Notes: generated by a model from the letters alone, not told the origin. Numbered from the stretch's first letter, positions 29,904 through 37,383 are shown. The stretch: DNA of 64,000 nt from Eubacteriales bacterium (GCA_045539625.1 JAZQFS010000028.1:42750-106749); one strand, 5' to 3'. Program-made: numbers and translations.

Positions 29904-30566
29904 TTATTGATTCGTTTCTTGTTCGATAATATCTACCTGCATAATGTATCCATCTGGTATTAAATCAGTCAAAATACCTTTTATCAACACCTCTGCTTGA
30001 TTATCAGCTAATTCGAGAATTCCTATGGTGCTTGCTTTTTCAATTGCAAGTTTTTCGGCTTCGACAATAGCACGATTCATATCTTCTTTTTCGTTGAGAT
30101 TGAAAAGTGCAAACTTTTCGTCATAGAATAAGATGTCGCTAGGATCGACTTTTGCATCAAGAACTTCTGCTTTTGGTATAGAAATGCGAATAATTTTATC
30201 AGTTTTCTTCGGCTCTGCTATTGAGACTTTGGATATATCAATGCCGGCTCGAACGGTTGCTGTATATACCATTACAAAATTTGACTTACTGAGTAGCCAA
30301 ATACCGTCGTCCTCAAACTCAGAAATACCGGTGGTCTTTAGTTTTGCTGTTGTTAATTCTGATGCTCGTGATAATTCATTTAACAAATACTCAGTGTTTA
30401 CAATGCCTGAGTTGTTGCTGTTAAATATAAACCATAATGTAACTGCTAATACACAGAGTATAATTATCGATGTTATTAACAAGACTTTTTTTCGTGGCTT
30501 TACAAAACTGGAAAACTTTTTAGCGAGGGTGGGCTTGGTTTGTTGCTGAATGTTCTTTTCTTCCAT
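29904..30566 (-). CDS. DUF4230-like membrane-anchored protein
   Basis: N-terminal TM helix. Stretch VMVYTATVRAGIDISKVSI...IRISIPKAEVLDAKVD matches my memory of the DUF4230 core. The gene looks AT-rich by eye. Confidence 0.6.
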   Translation of the reverse strand: MEEKNIQQQTKPTLAKKFSSFVKPRKKVLLITSIIILCVLAVTLWFIFNSNNSGIVNTEYLLNELSRASELTTAKLKTTGISEFEDDGIWLLSKSNFVMVYTATVRAGIDISKVSIAEPKKTDKIIRISIPKAEVLDAKVDPSDILFYDEKFALFNLNEKEDMNRAIVEAEKLAIEKASTIGILELADNQAEVLIKGILTDLIPDGYIMQVDIIEQETNQ

Positions 30567-30587
30567 TTCAAATATCCTTTCTCATAA

Positions 30588-30683
30588 CTAAAATATAGTA
30601 ATTAGTACAGCGCGTATAACAACAAAAGCAACTATGATTGCTAATGCTGTTACTATAGTTTTTAAGACTGTCTTTTTGTCCAT
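30588..30683 (-). CDS. unannotated 31-aa hydrophobic peptide ORF (MDKKTVLKTIVTALAIIVAFVVIRAVLITIF)
   Basis: ATG at 30683-30681 is preceded by GGAGGTG with a 6-nt spacer. Stop TAG at 30590-30588, 22 nt before the DUF4230-like start. Below the ORF-track size cutoff. Confidence 0.4.
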   Translation of the reverse strand: MDKKTVLKTIVTALAIIVAFVVIRAVLITIF

Positions 30684-30749
30684 AATTTACACCTCCTTTT
30701 TGTCTTTATAATAAGATGTGTAAATTTCGCGAATTATGGTTTTTAAAAT

Positions 30750-30937
30750 AAAAAAAGTGCGCCTCAATGAAGAAACGCACTGAAAAAGTGTATTCCCTCA
30801 TTGTTGGTACACAATTTTGCCCATAGTGGTATGAGGAAAAAGAGAAAACACCTTTTACCAAAGTATTTTCCCACTATAAGGCAAAATATATAATTGTGTA
30901 CCAACATCATTTTACCACAGAACAAATCAAATTTCAA
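30750..30937 (-). ncRNA. candidate structured leader or sRNA: promoter, extended hairpin of about 105 nt, then an intrinsic terminator
   Basis: Minus strand: -35 TTGAAA (30937-30932), 17-nt spacer, TG-extended -10 TAAAAT (30914-30909). A 15-bp perfect helix (30892-30906 with 30802-30816) is extended by 5-bp and 7-bp helices. The terminator stem is 30776-30781 / 30756-30761, followed by U7. Confidence 0.45.
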
Positions 30938-30965
30938 TAGCTTTGTCGAATTGTGTAATAAAATG

Positions 30966-31012
30966 TTGAAAAAACAAAAAGAAAAACCCGTCTTCCTTGT
31001 CGGAAAACGGGT
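30966..31012 (-). terminator. rho-independent terminator of the zinc-ribbon gene transcript
   Basis: Minus strand: acccgt...acgggt stem (31012-30986) followed by a long T-rich run. Confidence 0.7.
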
Positions 31013-31152
31013 ACAGTTTCAAAAATTCATAGCCGTAAATCAAACTCACTTGACAGTAGATTATAAGCCGTGAGTCTAATTTCCGCTACGGAAAGAACAC
31101 TACCGGACAGGTAATAAACCCAAGTAAATAAAAAGTAAAGCTAAATATTTAA

Positions 31153-31431
31153 TTACTGTTCTTCCTTCATTGCTGCGAAGCAGTCGCTGCAATAAACGGG
31201 TCTGTCGCTGGTGGGCTGGAAGGGAACCTTAGCTTCCTTGCCGCAGTTTGCACAAGTAGTTGTGAAGTATTCTCTCTGGGGTTTAGCTGCGTTCTTTCTC
31301 TTGTCGCGGCAAGCCTTGCATCTCTGGGGTTCGTTCTGGAAGCCCTTTTCTGCGTAGAATTCCTGTTCGCCTGCTGTGAAGATAAATTCTTCGCCGCAAT
31401 CCTTGCAAACTAATGTCTTGTTTTCGTACAT
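31153..31431 (-). CDS. double zinc-ribbon domain protein (zf-trcl-like)
   Basis: Four CxxC pairs: CKDCG...CKAC and CANCG...CSDC. Conserved FTAGEQEFYAEKGF...PQRCKACR block. Confidence 0.7.
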   Translation of the reverse strand: MYENKTLVCKDCGEEFIFTAGEQEFYAEKGFQNEPQRCKACRDKRKNAAKPQREYFTTTCANCGKEAKVPFQPTSDRPVYCSDCFAAMKEEQ

Positions 31432-31523
31432 GTTCTTTCCCTCGCTTTGAGTAAAAATAATTTTTTCGTCCCATGACGGTTGCGAGCCGCCGCATTTTTA
31501 TGCCGTACTACGATAGGACATAT

Positions 31524-32099
31524 CTATTTTGTGCCGTCAATAAATGAGCGAAGCTTACGCCTTGCCCTGAATAAAGTGTTGTCAACGGACTTGGGGCTTT
31601 TGCCTGTCTTTTCGCTGATTTCACTTGTTTTGTAGCCGCATACCTTAAGAAAAACAGTCTTCCTTTCAGCCTCGGACAGCCCCGCAAAGCCTCTTGTGGC
31701 AAGCAGCTCACGAAACTGACGGGAAAAAGCGGTGTCCTCTGTGCCGTCTGATGAAGAAATATCCTGTCTTGATGCAATGTCGTCTTCATCCTTGACAATA
31801 CCGCTTACCGTGGAATTGTACTTGTTGACAAAATTTGTCATGGCGTTGGTCATACAAACCGAAGCATAGGTAGAGAAAGATGCTTCCTTGCTCTCATCAA
31901 AGCTCATAGCCGCTTTGTAAAGTGCAATTCTGCCTTCCTGACAAAGGTCATCGTATTCACTGAACGGCAGACCGTAGCCCGATGCGAGAGAAGATACCGT
32001 TCTGGAAAATATACCGACAAGCTCTACAAATGATGCTGTGTCATTGTCCTTTACTGCCCTGACGAGCCGTAAAATCTGCTGTGCTTTGTTTTTTTCCAA
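31524..32099 (-). CDS. sigma-70 family RNA polymerase sigma factor (small, SigH/ECF-like)
   Basis: Region 2 (DDLCQEGRIALYKAAMSFD...SFSTYA) and region 4 HTH (LSEAERKTVFLKVCGYKTSEISEKTGKSPKSVDNTLFRARRKL). Apparent TTG start. Confidence 0.8.
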   Translation of the reverse strand: MEKNKAQQILRLVRAVKDNDTASFVELVGIFSRTVSSLASGYGLPFSEYDDLCQEGRIALYKAAMSFDESKEASFSTYASVCMTNAMTNFVNKYNSTVSGIVKDEDDIASRQDISSSDGTEDTAFSRQFRELLATRGFAGLSEAERKTVFLKVCGYKTSEISEKTGKSPKSVDNTLFRARRKLRSFIDGTK

Positions 32100-32178
32100 T
32101 GTCTGCTCTCTCTTCGGTACTTAATCGTTAATGTTAAATGCGGTTACACGAAACCAATTTATTTCAGGTACATCTTTA

Positions 32179-32206
32179 ATTATACCAAAAAAGAATATTT
32201 TGTCAA
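32179..32206 (-). promoter_or_regulatory. near-consensus sigma-A promoter for the sigma-factor gene
   Basis: Minus strand: TTGACA (32206-32201), 16-nt spacer, TG-extended TATAAT (32184-32179). Confidence 0.6.
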
Positions 32207-32384
32207 TACAATTTTCAAAATTAAATAATAATTGTGCAAATGAACATATTGACGTATAATTTTTTTGTGCAATAAATACTAAGAAAACCGCAGATTGTGA
32301 CCAATTAATGCAAATTTTGACAATATTTTAATTGAGTTAACAATAAACGACAAAGAGGTTAACTCAAAAATGTTAAGATAATAT

Positions 32385-32418
32385 TAACAAAAGTCCGAGT
32401 GCGTATGCTCACTCGGAC
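32385..32418 (-). terminator. rho-independent terminator after thiT
   Basis: 9-bp stem gtccgagtg / cactcggac, followed on the minus strand by CTTTTGTT. Confidence 0.65.
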
Positions 32419-32446
32419 CGGGAATATAAAATGTACAGTATAAATA

Positions 32447-32998
32447 TCAGATGTTTCTGCTTGACAGAGCCTTGTAGCAAATGGCGGCGCCTATAAGAGT
32501 GATAATAAGCTCAGGAAGCATAAATGCTCCGTTGTAGGCAATGGAATATATAAAGGGATTTCCCCAATTGTCGGGCATCCAGATGTCAAACACGAAAGTG
32601 CCTGAGATTATGTGGCTGAAAAAGCGAAGAACAATGGCAAGTGTAGTTCCTGCCATAATGCCTGCGATGCCTTTCTTTGCGAATAATCCTGCAAGGCCGA
32701 GAACGGTAAAGGCTATTATGTAGTCAAAGGCAATCATTCCTGCCCAGCGAGCAGGAGTAAGTCCCCAGCTCATAGCCGCAGCAAGATCCAGTAAAAATTG
32801 AATACAGGAATAAATAAAGCTTGCAGAAAGTCCCCATTTAAGACCGTGTCTTATTGACACATAGCAAACGGGGAGCATGCTGAGAAGAGTAATTGAGCCG
32901 CCCAGAGGCATTGTCCATACCTTAACTAAGCTCAGAACCGTTGAAAGAGCAATAAGGATGGCACATTCGACCATAATTTTGGTTTTTGTGGCTTTCAT
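32447..32998 (-). CDS. thiT: ECF transporter S component, thiamine-specific (ThiT)
   Basis: About 6 TM helices, 183 aa from the ATG at 32998 (GGAGG 7 nt upstream). Directly preceded by a TPP riboswitch. Confidence 0.75.
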   Translation of the reverse strand: MKATKTKIMVECAILIALSTVLSLVKVWTMPLGGSITLLSMLPVCYVSIRHGLKWGLSASFIYSCIQFLLDLAAAMSWGLTPARWAGMIAFDYIIAFTVLGLAGLFAKKGIAGIMAGTTLAIVLRFFSHIISGTFVFDIWMPDNWGNPFIYSIAYNGAFMLPELIITLIGAAICYKALSSRNI

Positions 32999-33065
32999 AA
33001 AAAGACCTCCGTAAAATAAAAAATACCGCACACAATATCGGTGCAGTACATACGCTCTTTTTAAG

Positions 33066-33160
33066 CTAATCTCCCTACGCCGGTATTATCCGAACAGGTT
33101 TAAAGGGTTCAAGGACTATCCTTATCTCAGCCGTTTTTCAACAGCACCCCTGATATTGAT
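33066..33160 (-). promoter_or_regulatory. TPP (THI-box) riboswitch
   Basis: Minus strand reads CAGGGGTGC...GGCTGAGA...ACCCTTTTAAACCTGTTCGGATAATACCGGCGTAGGGA, matching the conserved TPP aptamer core. Confidence 0.88.
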
Positions 33161-33224
33161 TTTGCGGTTCGGGAGTATTATACTACCAAACAGTAATTTT
33201 GTCAATATATTTTTTAAAAAACTA

Positions 33225-33253
33225 TTGCAAATTCGCAGAAAATGGTGTATACT
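33225..33253 (+). promoter_or_regulatory. sigma-A promoter of tRNA-Leu
   Basis: TTGCAA (33225-33230), 17-nt spacer, TG-extended TATACT (33248-33253). Confidence 0.6.
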
Positions 33254-33272
33254 GTACAGGTAAATTTGATTT

Positions 33273-33356
33273 GCGCCTGTGGCGGAATTGGCAGACGCGC
33301 CAGACTTAGGATCTGGTGTCTACGACGTGGGGGTTCGAAGCCTCTCGGGCGCACCA
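33273..33356 (+). tRNA. tRNA-Leu (anticodon UAG) with encoded CCA
   Basis: Hand-folded cloverleaf: acceptor GCGCCTG/CGGGCGC, anticodon arm CCAGA-CTTAGGA-TCTGG, long variable arm, T-loop TTCGAAG, 3' ACCA. Confidence 0.85.
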
Positions 33357-33357
33357 A

Positions 33358-33399
33358 AAAGAAACGACAATTTTCGACAGAAGATTGTCGTTTCTTTTT
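33358..33399 (+). terminator. rho-independent terminator after tRNA-Leu
   Basis: 14-bp stem aaagaaacgacaat / attgtcgtttcttt, then a T-run. Confidence 0.8.
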
Positions 33400-33554
33400 G
33401 TTCTTTTCACTTTTTTCGTTCTTCTCTCTTCCCTCAAATTGTCGTTTCCAGATAAAAGATAAGAAAGAAGAGATAAAAGAAAAGGTAGCTTTGCTCCGCA
33501 AAGCATTGATTTGAATAACGAATTATGATATAATACATTCAGAGGTGATGATGA

Positions 33555-33902
33555 ATGAACAGTCCTTTACTCGATAAATCTCTCGATTTTGCAACACAAA
33601 TCGTATTGTTTTATGAAGAGTTTTCCAAATCAAAAAAAGATACAACTATCGCCAAACAATTACTTCGCTCTGCAACAAGCATAGGTGCAAACATAAACGA
33701 AGCAGTTTACGGTAACAGCAAAGCGGATTTTATATCCAAACTCCATATTTCACTCAAAGAAACGGGTGAAAGTATTTATTGGCTTACGCTTCTGAAAAGA
33801 ACAAGTTTGATGGAATATAACTATGATGAACCCATTTCTCTTGCTGAAGAAATTAAGAGGATGCTGATTGCATCGCTTAATACCGCAAAAGAAAACAAAT
33901 GA
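33555..33902 (+). CDS. four-helix-bundle protein (23S rRNA intervening-sequence protein / Avd-like family)
   Basis: QLLRSATSIGANINEA and LHISLKETGESIYWLTLL are hallmark motifs; 115 aa. Own promoter: TTGATT, 17 nt, TG-extended TATAAT, ending about 33531. Confidence 0.75.
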   Translation: MNSPLLDKSLDFATQIVLFYEEFSKSKKDTTIAKQLLRSATSIGANINEAVYGNSKADFISKLHISLKETGESIYWLTLLKRTSLMEYNYDEPISLAEEIKRMLIASLNTAKENK

Positions 33903-34351
33903 AGATTCTTTTCACTGCCTTCAAAGGCGTTCACAACACTTCTTTTCAGTTAGTAAATCAAACGGTAGCGGATCATATTTTATTAACCAATAGCTTTCAA
34001 GGCTTGGAAAAAGACATTTCATTTGTCAGCGGCGATTGTAGCATAGTGTATATGTTTGGCGTCGATAAAGAATTAATCGATAAAGTCAGAATCGAAAAGA
34101 GTGCAAAGTACAATGCCGAAACGGTGCACACAGATTTTGACATACATTATTTAGAAACGATGCTTGGGAGCGTAGGCGTCTCTTACACCATTTCAGATAA
34201 ACCGACCCGTTTTCTATGTAATGCGGCGTATTATCATATGCTAAAGAAAAATCCTAATACAGTTTTCATTCATATTCCATCTTTAAAGGGCATGAGTATT
34301 GAATTGATGAATAAACTGATTAAAATTTTCAACGATATATGTTCCAACTAA
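33899..34351 (+). CDS. compact peptidase C15 (pyroglutamyl-peptidase I)-like protein
   Basis: Hand alignment to Pcp: MKILFTAFKG (cf. VLLTGFDPFG), IEKSA (cf. PERVA, Glu), RFLCNAAYY (cf. TFVCNHLFY, Cys), FIHIPS (cf. FIHIPY, His). Only 150 aa versus about 215. ATGA overlap with the previous gene. Confidence 0.5.
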   Translation: MKILFTAFKGVHNTSFQLVNQTVADHILLTNSFQGLEKDISFVSGDCSIVYMFGVDKELIDKVRIEKSAKYNAETVHTDFDIHYLETMLGSVGVSYTISDKPTRFLCNAAYYHMLKKNPNTVFIHIPSLKGMSIELMNKLIKIFNDICSN

Positions 34352-34421
34352 AACTGCAAGAGTTCGAATTCATACGCAAAAGTGCCGAAAATATCTTTTT
34401 TGTAGCCCATAGACAAAACTT

Positions 34422-34455
34422 GAGCGGTACACGTGAGTGTGCCGCTCAGGTTTTT
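34422..34455 (+). terminator. rho-independent terminator
   Basis: Stem gagcggtacac / gtgtgccgctc with one G-U pair, then AGGTTTTTA. Confidence 0.7.
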
Positions 34456-34707
34456 ATTGTGAGGGTATTCGAACCCTGAGAGGGCTTTTTGCGTTTAGAA
34501 AAGTTGCCCGACGGCAAGTTTTTAGCAAAAAGGTGCGAGACCTTTACGGTTGAGCAGGAAAGACGCGAAGCGGCTGATTCCCTCCTTCTCCGCCACATTA
34601 TAACCCTGACTTTGATAAAAAGTTGGGGTTGTTTTATTTACTGTCCTTTTTATTGTACATATGATATAATTAACCCAAGAAAAAGAAGCAAAGAAGGTGT
34701 AATCTAT

Positions 34708-35103
34708 ATGAATAATCCTGAATGGAGATTTGGCGTAGTTGCGAATATAACAGAATATCATATCGGTGAAGACGGAAAGAAATATCGCGGAACAAAGCCC
34801 TTTACTGCGGGAACAAAGGTTTACTTAGGCGGGAAGAATTGGAGTGACAAACAGGACAGCATAAGAGCAATTGGGCGGAATAGATTTGGTAGAATTGTAT
34901 TAGAATGGATTGAAGTAGGTTGCTTGGAAAACATTAGAACTCAACGGATTTATAAGTCTCGCGTTTTAGATATTATAAGTTATGAAGAATGTGTAGAAGG
35001 AGAGAAATGGTGGAAACAAACTGCTTTAGACCGAAAAGAAACTGAAGATTTCGTTAAAAATTGGAAAATTAACTCGCTTGAAAAAAGCCGTTGTCAACAT
35101 TGA
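34708..35103 (+). CDS. hypothetical protein (131 aa)
   Basis: ATG at 34708 follows GAAGGTG and an extended -10 (TGATATAAT at about 34662-34670). The ORF-track start at 34489 runs through a terminator and is rejected. No motif recognised. Confidence 0.5.
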   Translation: MNNPEWRFGVVANITEYHIGEDGKKYRGTKPFTAGTKVYLGGKNWSDKQDSIRAIGRNRFGRIVLEWIEVGCLENIRTQRIYKSRVLDIISYEECVEGEKWWKQTALDRKETEDFVKNWKINSLEKSRCQH

Positions 35104-35159
35104 AGTAATATAAAACAGCCGATGATTTTACGTCACCGACTGTTTTTACTTTTATTGAG

Positions 35160-36521
35160 TTATTTTGCAAAAAGCGTATTTATATCTCCCGCACCCATAG
35201 TAAGAATCATATCGTCCTTTGAAGCGGTTTTCAAAAGATGCTCACGTATTTCCTCAAATGAGCTAAGACTTACGGCTCCATCAATGAGAGAAGCCACATT
35301 GTCCGAGGACACGCCCAGCGTGTCTGTTTCACGTGCAGCATATATGGGAGCAAGCACCACCTTGTCTGCAAGGCTGAGAGAGGAAGCAAAATCATTTAAT
35401 AAAGCCTTTGTTCTTGAATAGGTGTGAGGCTGGAATACGCAGATAACATTGCCCTTTGCAACAGCCTTGGCACTTTTTAATGTGGCTGTAATTTCGTCGG
35501 GATGGTGGGCATAGTCGTCTATAATCTGTGCCCCTGTGGGGTGTGTGCCGACCTTTTCAAAACGGCGTTTTACACCGCCGAAGCTTTCAAGACCTGCTTT
35601 TATTGCAGATATATCTACGCCGCAGCAAAGGGCTGCACCTGTTGCTGCAAGTGCGTTGGAGACGTTGTGAATACCCGGCACGGAAAGAGTAACGTCAAAC
35701 AGCTTTTCACCGTTGCTGTATACATCAAAGCTTCCGAAGCCTGTCTTAAGGTCGATGTTTTTGGCGTAAAAGTCGGCTTGCTTTTCTATGGAAAAGTATT
35801 TAACACAGGAGGCTGTTCCTTTGGCGCTTTCAACAGCATTGCCGCAGTCAAGATTGACAATTGAAATGTTTTCGCCATTGAGACCGGGCACATCTATGTA
35901 TTGCCTGAAGGAGGCGATTACATTGTCAAGATTTCCGAAAAAGTCAACGTGGTCAAGCTCAACATTAAGTATAACCTTGATGGTTGGATACATGGAGTGA
36001 TATGAGTTTTTGTATTCGCAGGCTTCAAACACAACATTTTCGCCGCCTCCGATGCAGTAGGTTGAGCCAAGAGACGGTATCACGGCACCGCCCAAGACGG
36101 TGCTGTCATTTTCGGCTTTCAGCATAATTTCCGCAAGCATACCTGTTGTTGTGGATTTGCCGTGTGTGCCTGCTACGCCAACCGAGTGAGTGTATTTTGA
36201 AGTGATAGCACCCAAAAGCTCGGCTCTTGTGATAAGACGGATATTTTTGTTTCTTGCCATAACAAGAACCTCGTCGTCCTGTTTGATGGCTGCTGTGTAA
36301 ACCACGGTATCAACGCCGTCAAGACATACATCGCCGTAAGAATAGTGAACGGGAATACCTTTTTCTTCAAGCATGGCAGTCACACCGCTTTTTTTGAAAT
36401 CGTAGCCCGAAACTCTTTTTCCCTCGCTTTTGAGTATAAGCGCAAGTGATGACATACTCACGCCGCCTATGCCTGCAAAGTATACGTTTTTTATGGTTGA
36501 TAAATCAATTGCCTGTGGCAT
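35160..36521 (-). CDS. murC: UDP-N-acetylmuramate--L-alanine ligase
   Basis: GIGGVSMSSLA Rossmann motif and GTHGKSTTT P-loop; 453 aa. Confidence 0.95.
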   Translation of the reverse strand: MPQAIDLSTIKNVYFAGIGGVSMSSLALILKSEGKRVSGYDFKKSGVTAMLEEKGIPVHYSYGDVCLDGVDTVVYTAAIKQDDEVLVMARNKNIRLITRAELLGAITSKYTHSVGVAGTHGKSTTTGMLAEIMLKAENDSTVLGGAVIPSLGSTYCIGGGENVVFEACEYKNSYHSMYPTIKVILNVELDHVDFFGNLDNVIASFRQYIDVPGLNGENISIVNLDCGNAVESAKGTASCVKYFSIEKQADFYAKNIDLKTGFGSFDVYSNGEKLFDVTLSVPGIHNVSNALAATGAALCCGVDISAIKAGLESFGGVKRRFEKVGTHPTGAQIIDDYAHHPDEITATLKSAKAVAKGNVICVFQPHTYSRTKALLNDFASSLSLADKVVLAPIYAARETDTLGVSSDNVASLIDGAVSLSSFEEIREHLLKTASKDDMILTMGAGDINTLFAK

Positions 36522-36613
36522 ATAAACGCCGCCTTTCGGAGTTTTGTCTTTGATGTATAAAATGCCCTGTGTCGGGAAAACTCAATATATACCGACAACA
36601 AGGAGGAATAATT

Positions 36614-36892
36614 GTGCAGATAACAGATGTAAAAATCAGAAAAACTTTTGATGATAAGCCTCTGAAGGCAATTCTTTCCGTCACCTTCGACGATTGCCTT
36701 GCCCTTCATGACGTTAAAATCATCAATGCCGATAACCGCTTTTTTGTGGTTATGCCAAGCCGAAAAAACAAGGACGGAAGCTATAAGGATATAGTTCATC
36801 CCATTAACTCCCGCTTTCGTGCGGAAATTGAGGATAAGGTGCTTTCGGCTTACAGAGATAACCTGAAAGAGTTAAGCTATGCAGAACGGTGA
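36614..36892 (+). CDS. spoVG: septation protein SpoVG
   Basis: GTG at 36614 lies 7 nt after AGGAGG. MQITDVKIRK...LKAILSVTFDDCLALHDVKII is the typical SpoVG N-terminus. Confidence 0.9.
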   Translation: MQITDVKIRKTFDDKPLKAILSVTFDDCLALHDVKIINADNRFFVVMPSRKNKDGSYKDIVHPINSRFRAEIEDKVLSAYRDNLKELSYAER

Positions 36893-36909
36893 TAAGCCGT
36901 TCTTTTTTT
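36883..36909 (+). terminator. rho-independent terminator of spoVG
   Basis: agaacgg-tgataag-ccgttct followed by T7; overlaps the stop codon. Confidence 0.8.
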
Positions 36910-36964
36910 AGTTAGTTTGTGTGAGGTTTTCTGCTGCTTTTCTTGAAAGAAAAGTAGCCAAAAG

Positions 36965-36993
36965 AACTTTATTTTGGCTGTCGCCGTTCCTGA
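36965..36993 (-). repeat. copy B of the intergenic repeat, inverted relative to copy A
   Basis: The reverse complement matches 26596-26624 at 28/29 positions (25-nt exact core at 36965-36989). On the minus strand it forms the hairpin agccaaaa/ttttggct (36979-36956) followed by a U-rich run, which fits a terminator downstream of the SRP RNA. Confidence 0.85.
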
Positions 36994-37049
36994 AATTATG
37001 TTGGAGATGGTAGTGTTTGCTTTTTCCTTTCAGCAAAGAGAAAGTAAGT

Positions 37050-37348
37050 GCGGTATAAAGCAAGATCACACACCGAAAAATCGAATCAGAGCCGACAAAC
37101 GTCCTTTGTAGGGATTACTCAGCTCAGGTTTGCTTACGGCACATCATCCGTATCACTTAATGCTGCTCGGTTCCCCGCCTGACATGGTTCATGAGGGATA
37201 ATTGCGTAAGGCCCAAGCCTCAACACAACACCTACATGACAGCTGAGTCGAAGCTGACCCTCAAATCCGGAATCCATCTCTGCTATAGCGGATTTCAGAT
37301 ATAGGACGCCGCTACTGTCCCGACTGGTGTGACCTTGCTTTATACCGC
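37050..37348 (-). ncRNA. ffs: signal recognition particle RNA, long Bacillus type (scRNA/ffs) with Alu domain
   Basis: Minus strand contains CATGAACCATGTCAGGCGGGGAACCGAGCAGCATTAAGTGA, the helix 8 motif with a GGAA tetraloop. AATCCGCTATAGCAG is Alu-domain-like. A 23-bp closing helix joins gcggtataaagcaaggtcacacc to its complement at the other end. Confidence 0.85.
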
Positions 37349-37383
37349 AACGTCAACGCTATTGAATTTTTCAAAGAAAAAGC

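Noticed and set aside
32231-32260. Plus-strand promoter-like sequence (TTGTGC, 17 nt, TATAAT) in the AT-rich region that would drive transcription antisense to thiT
   Set aside because: The -35 element is weak, the context is very AT-rich so such matches are expected by chance, and there is no downstream terminator or ORF.
34456-34490. tRNA T-arm-like sequence gtgagggtattcgaaccctgagagggc, considered as a duplicated att site marking the right end of the tRNA-Leu islet
   Set aside because: It does not match the 3' end of the adjacent tRNA-Leu (gtgggggttcgaagcctctcgggcgcacca) beyond the generic TTCGAA. The stem is only 4 bp and there is no acceptor-stem match.
35122-35421. 99-aa plus-strand ORF overlapping the 3' end of murC
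   Set aside because: It is antisense to murC and has no RBS or motif.
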